NCBI GenBank assembly: GCA_964016885.1
Contig: CAXHJY010001674.1
Span: 1-64,000, forward strand
Length of the DNA: 64,000 bases
Origin: Eledone cirrhosa
Lineage: Eukaryota
Reading direction: 5' to 3'
Shown: positions 58,576 through 64,000 of the stretch, one piece after another
How the letters are laid out: every line of letters starts with the position of its first letter
Position numbering within the stretch: position 1 is the stretch's first letter
Made by a program: the position numbers and the translations under genes
Notes under the pieces: generated by a model
The model's input: the letters and a program-made list of their open reading frames with translations, nothing else
The model's database searches: none
Told to the model about the DNA's origin: nothing

Positions 58576-60225
58576 ATTATATACTGTTACCTTTATAGTG
58601 AATATACACAGCTAAATGTTCTTTCCACAAAATATATTCCAAGCCAAAACTAATTTCAGTATGTATGATTTTATATCTACTCTCTGCTATATACTTACAC
58701 GTTAAGTAGAAATCTCAAGTAAATTAATGAAAGTCAGCGTCGGGAATAACTAACCAAAATATTCGTTGAGGTCTAACAATTCAACTTCCTTGAATTCAAC
58801 AGTAGCTAACTCAAGGGACAAAAACTAGGGCTTCTACTTCTGATGGCAAAACAATATCGGTATGCTATCAAACATTTACATCAGCTATTATAAAGCAATA
58901 AGGAGACACATAGGTCATACCAGAGCTTGGTCATACCAGAGCTTATTACAGGAGAGAAATGCCAAACACAGGAAATAAAAAAAAACAAAATAAACAACAT
59001 GCGTTATCCGTAACCAAGACGTAATTTCTAATTACGGCGTTATCTATATAAAACGTGTGATATCGTAACATATTAATGGAAATATCAATACAGAACCCAA
59101 TTTTAACATTCACAGCAGGTAAGAATGCTTCTAGGGGTACAATAGCCTCTACAACCTAATTTCTTCAAAAAGAAAATATACTTTGGATTGCGTAAGTCGG
59201 TACGAATTAATGCACGTCTGAAGAACATACGCAATGTTTTTGGTTGACTGTGTTGATCCATATGATTTAGTGATAAGGGTTGATTTGTTGTTCAACAAAA
59301 AAAAAAACAAGTTTGCTAAATACACACACACTAGCAATTTGCGAACTGTGAAGTATAGTGAGAGTCCGGAATAATATACATACTAATAAATATATATATA
59401 TATATATGTATGTATATATGTATATATGTGTGTGGGGGGTTGGGGGGGTCTGTATGTGTGCGTGTGTGTATGTGTGTGTGTGTTTCCCCCTCTCTCTGAT
59501 ATATATACACACACACACACATACATACATTTCTGCTTTAACTGAAAGAAACTTTAGTTTTCGAAGCACGTACGCAGTCTGAATTAAAGTAAAGTAACGA
59601 GCTTTTAGTTAGGAGAGGTGTTACAATATTTAAATATACTTGGCTGAAGGTGGAATAATTGTTTTGTTGAAATAATTATAGATTACACAGCGAAATATTC
59701 TTCAAACTCTGGTAGGAAGACTACAACTGAACATAGTTTCAAAGAGCTCTTATTAGCTTTGCATATGAAATAAGTAGAATCTTGTCATCAGAAATGTATT
59801 AAGAAAAATAGAATAAATCCACGAAAATACTTATGTCTATCATAAACAAAATGCCGTAGGTTTGGGATGTAGTGGCACAAGGTATGTAATAGATTCTTAT
59901 ATTGTCAGCCATAGATGAGTTAAATTTATATTTTTGTCTCAAAGACTTTGAAGTCGGATTGGTAAAGGATGTAAACCATTAGAGAAATATAATTTGTCCG
60001 TCTTTGTACCAATGTTACTTTTAACTAGAGAAGGACAGTTTCTATCACAGGAAAAAATATGAGCAAACTGTTGGGGCGTGTTGGATTCGGTTGTTTTTGA
60101 AATCAGTAGGTAAATAGCCAGTAGGCGTAACTACACTATAACGGAGATCACTTGGTGTAGTATATTCTACCAATAATATCAGACATACTTTAGTCAAATC
60201 GTCACTAATAAAAGAAAGAAAATGA

Positions 60226-60253
60226 AACGGTGACAATTACATACACTCCATCT

Positions 60254-60287
<34 letters not shown>

Positions 60288-60315
60288 AGATGGAGTGTAT
60301 GTAATTGTCACCGTT
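60226..60315. repeat. Perfect palindrome with 32-bp arms centred on a pure (TA)n tract
   Basis: AACGGTGACAATTACATACACTCCATCTAACA (TA)n TGTTAGATGGAGTGTATGTAATTGTCACCGTT. Confidence 0.95.
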
Positions 60316-61624
60316 AATTGAACTCCTTTAACCATCTTTTGATCTTATATATATATATATATATATATATATACAAAATTGTGATCGATCTCCTGGATCA
60401 GTCCTTAGAAGTTTTTTAAAATGTGCAATTCAATATTCCGTATTTTTGCAACTCCCCCCTGTGAAACTTCACTCGCAAACACCACAACACCATATCTAGC
60501 ATAAACTTTATCTTCTCGTTCTTTATCCTTTTATTTTCCTTTTTTGCTTCCTCACCATCTACGTCATTTAGTCATTGTCATCGTCAACGGTAATATAACC
60601 CCCATAAACAACACTATCTTCATCAGTGCTTCTATTGAGATTACTATACTCATCACTAAGTCTAATGTTATACCATTCTCATCATCCCATCTATCAATAA
60701 AGTAATTACTTAATAACATAAAATACAAATGCGTTACAATCACTATAATAAAGAAAATCATGAAGGTTACATACATCACCAATTCTGTCAATCTCTTACA
60801 TATAACATTAAGAAAAGAATGAAGGATCAAGACATTCAACAGTTGTTTGCATGGCTTGCAACAAATATCTAATATTTCCAAACACACATCTTATCTTCTC
60901 TAAAAATGAATTATTGCATGATGTATGTCGGAAACTGTAAATGTGCTTCTATCATATGGAACGCATTTGAACTTAAATGCACTTATTTAGCTTTAAACAA
61001 TAATAACAACAACGAATACAATTCGAAGCTTTAGGTTACATTAATTCATAACCTTCATCGATAGTCATACATTTTACAGATGCTGTATGTACAGTTGTAA
61101 TACATGCCTCGAAAAGAAGAAAGAATATAACATACTAACACACATACACATACATACACAAGCACAACATTACACACACAGGCACACACGCACGACCGTG
61201 GAACCAACCGATACAAAATAAAAACTAGTCTGCAAAAGATAGATTATCGTTTCGAAACGAAATGTCAGCTTAATGGAAGGCCTGGAGTGTTGTGTGTAAT
61301 TTTAACAAGTTTCGATAGTACACAAAGCATGACAAGCAAATAACTTAACAAGGCAAAAGCAACAGATCACTATAGGAGCGGCAGAATATTGACGCCAGCC
61401 GTGATATTTATTTGTTACTTTTAATTCAATCGCTAATTTCCTAATTGTTTTACCGCAGCCATATATACATATATATTAGAATTTGCCAATATCGAAAGTG
61501 AATGGCACATTCCATTGACAAGCTAAAACCCATCTGATAAAAGTGCAGCGTGTGATGACGGGACAATAACGAGCAACATTATTTGCTATTTTCTGTATAT
61601 TGTACTAGATGTTATATGCAAACG

Positions 61625-63448
<1,824 letters not shown>

Positions 63449-63449
<1 letters not shown>

Positions 63450-64000
63450 AAATTTTTGCTGATGATTCCAAGCTCCACAAGGTCATCAATGGCGTGGATG
63501 ACCGGATAAGCCTTCAGTCAGACCTACTGGCTGTTACCCAGTGGGCAGAAAAGAACAACATGTTACTGAACGAAGACACATTCGAACTGATCCACTTTGG
63601 AAAAGAGGATGCTCTGAAACTCCCGTACTCCCTTCCCTCCGGGGAAACTCTCGTGGCATCTAACAACATCAGAGACTTGGGAGTAACCGTGGACAGCAAC
63701 ATAAGCTGGACCACGCATATAAGCAGCAAAGTTGACATGGCCCGCAGAATGTGTTCCTGGATCCTCAGAACCTTCCAGTCGAGAGATTCCCGCACCATTA
63801 TCCTTCTCTTCTCTACTTTCGCCCGACCACACCTTGAATACTGTTGTCCACTGTGGTTTCCCCACACGAAACAAAGTATCATGAAACTTGAAGCTCCTCA
63901 AAGGGCAATCACGAAAAAGATAGATGGCATGTCAGACCTTGACTACTGGGTCGATTAGAAAACCTGAAACTTTACTCACTCCAACGTCGCCGTGAGCGTT
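63449..64000 (+). mobile_element. CR1-group LINE RT fragment, 5'-truncated at the FADD motif, continuing past the window end
   Basis: [39 protein letters not shown], a frameshift near 63950, then LYSLQRRRER. Confidence 0.92.

Overview
AT-rich eukaryotic repeat DNA with no host gene that I can support. The SINE tails resemble octopod cephalopod families, which is an inference. Roughly a quarter of the window is long compound (TA)n microsatellite, and these arrays produce all of the long Y/I-rich ORFs, which are artefacts. The non-repetitive islands in and beside the arrays are mostly retroelement pieces: a young Penelope-like element (PLE; RT plus C-terminal GIY-YIG) in three copies (16.1-18.0, 40.3-40.6 and 43.0-43.9 kb), a sister PLE family, a decayed YRDD-type PLE RT, CR1-, RTE- and CRE-type LINE fragments, and tRNA-derived SINEs with target-site duplications. 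Three patterns stand out. (1) There are about 7-8 sequence-unrelated minimal type I hammerhead ribozyme (HHR) families, two of them with a compensatory U3-A8 core. (2) There are about 10 fold-back palindromes, centred either on a (TA)n tract or on an element-internal hairpin such as a ribozyme helix. (3) PLE ends repeatedly join the arrays at TA microhomologies. Together these suggest (TA)n arrays colonised by ribozyme-bearing PLE termini that are copied by fold-back synthesis. All calls were made by eye and no searches were run.
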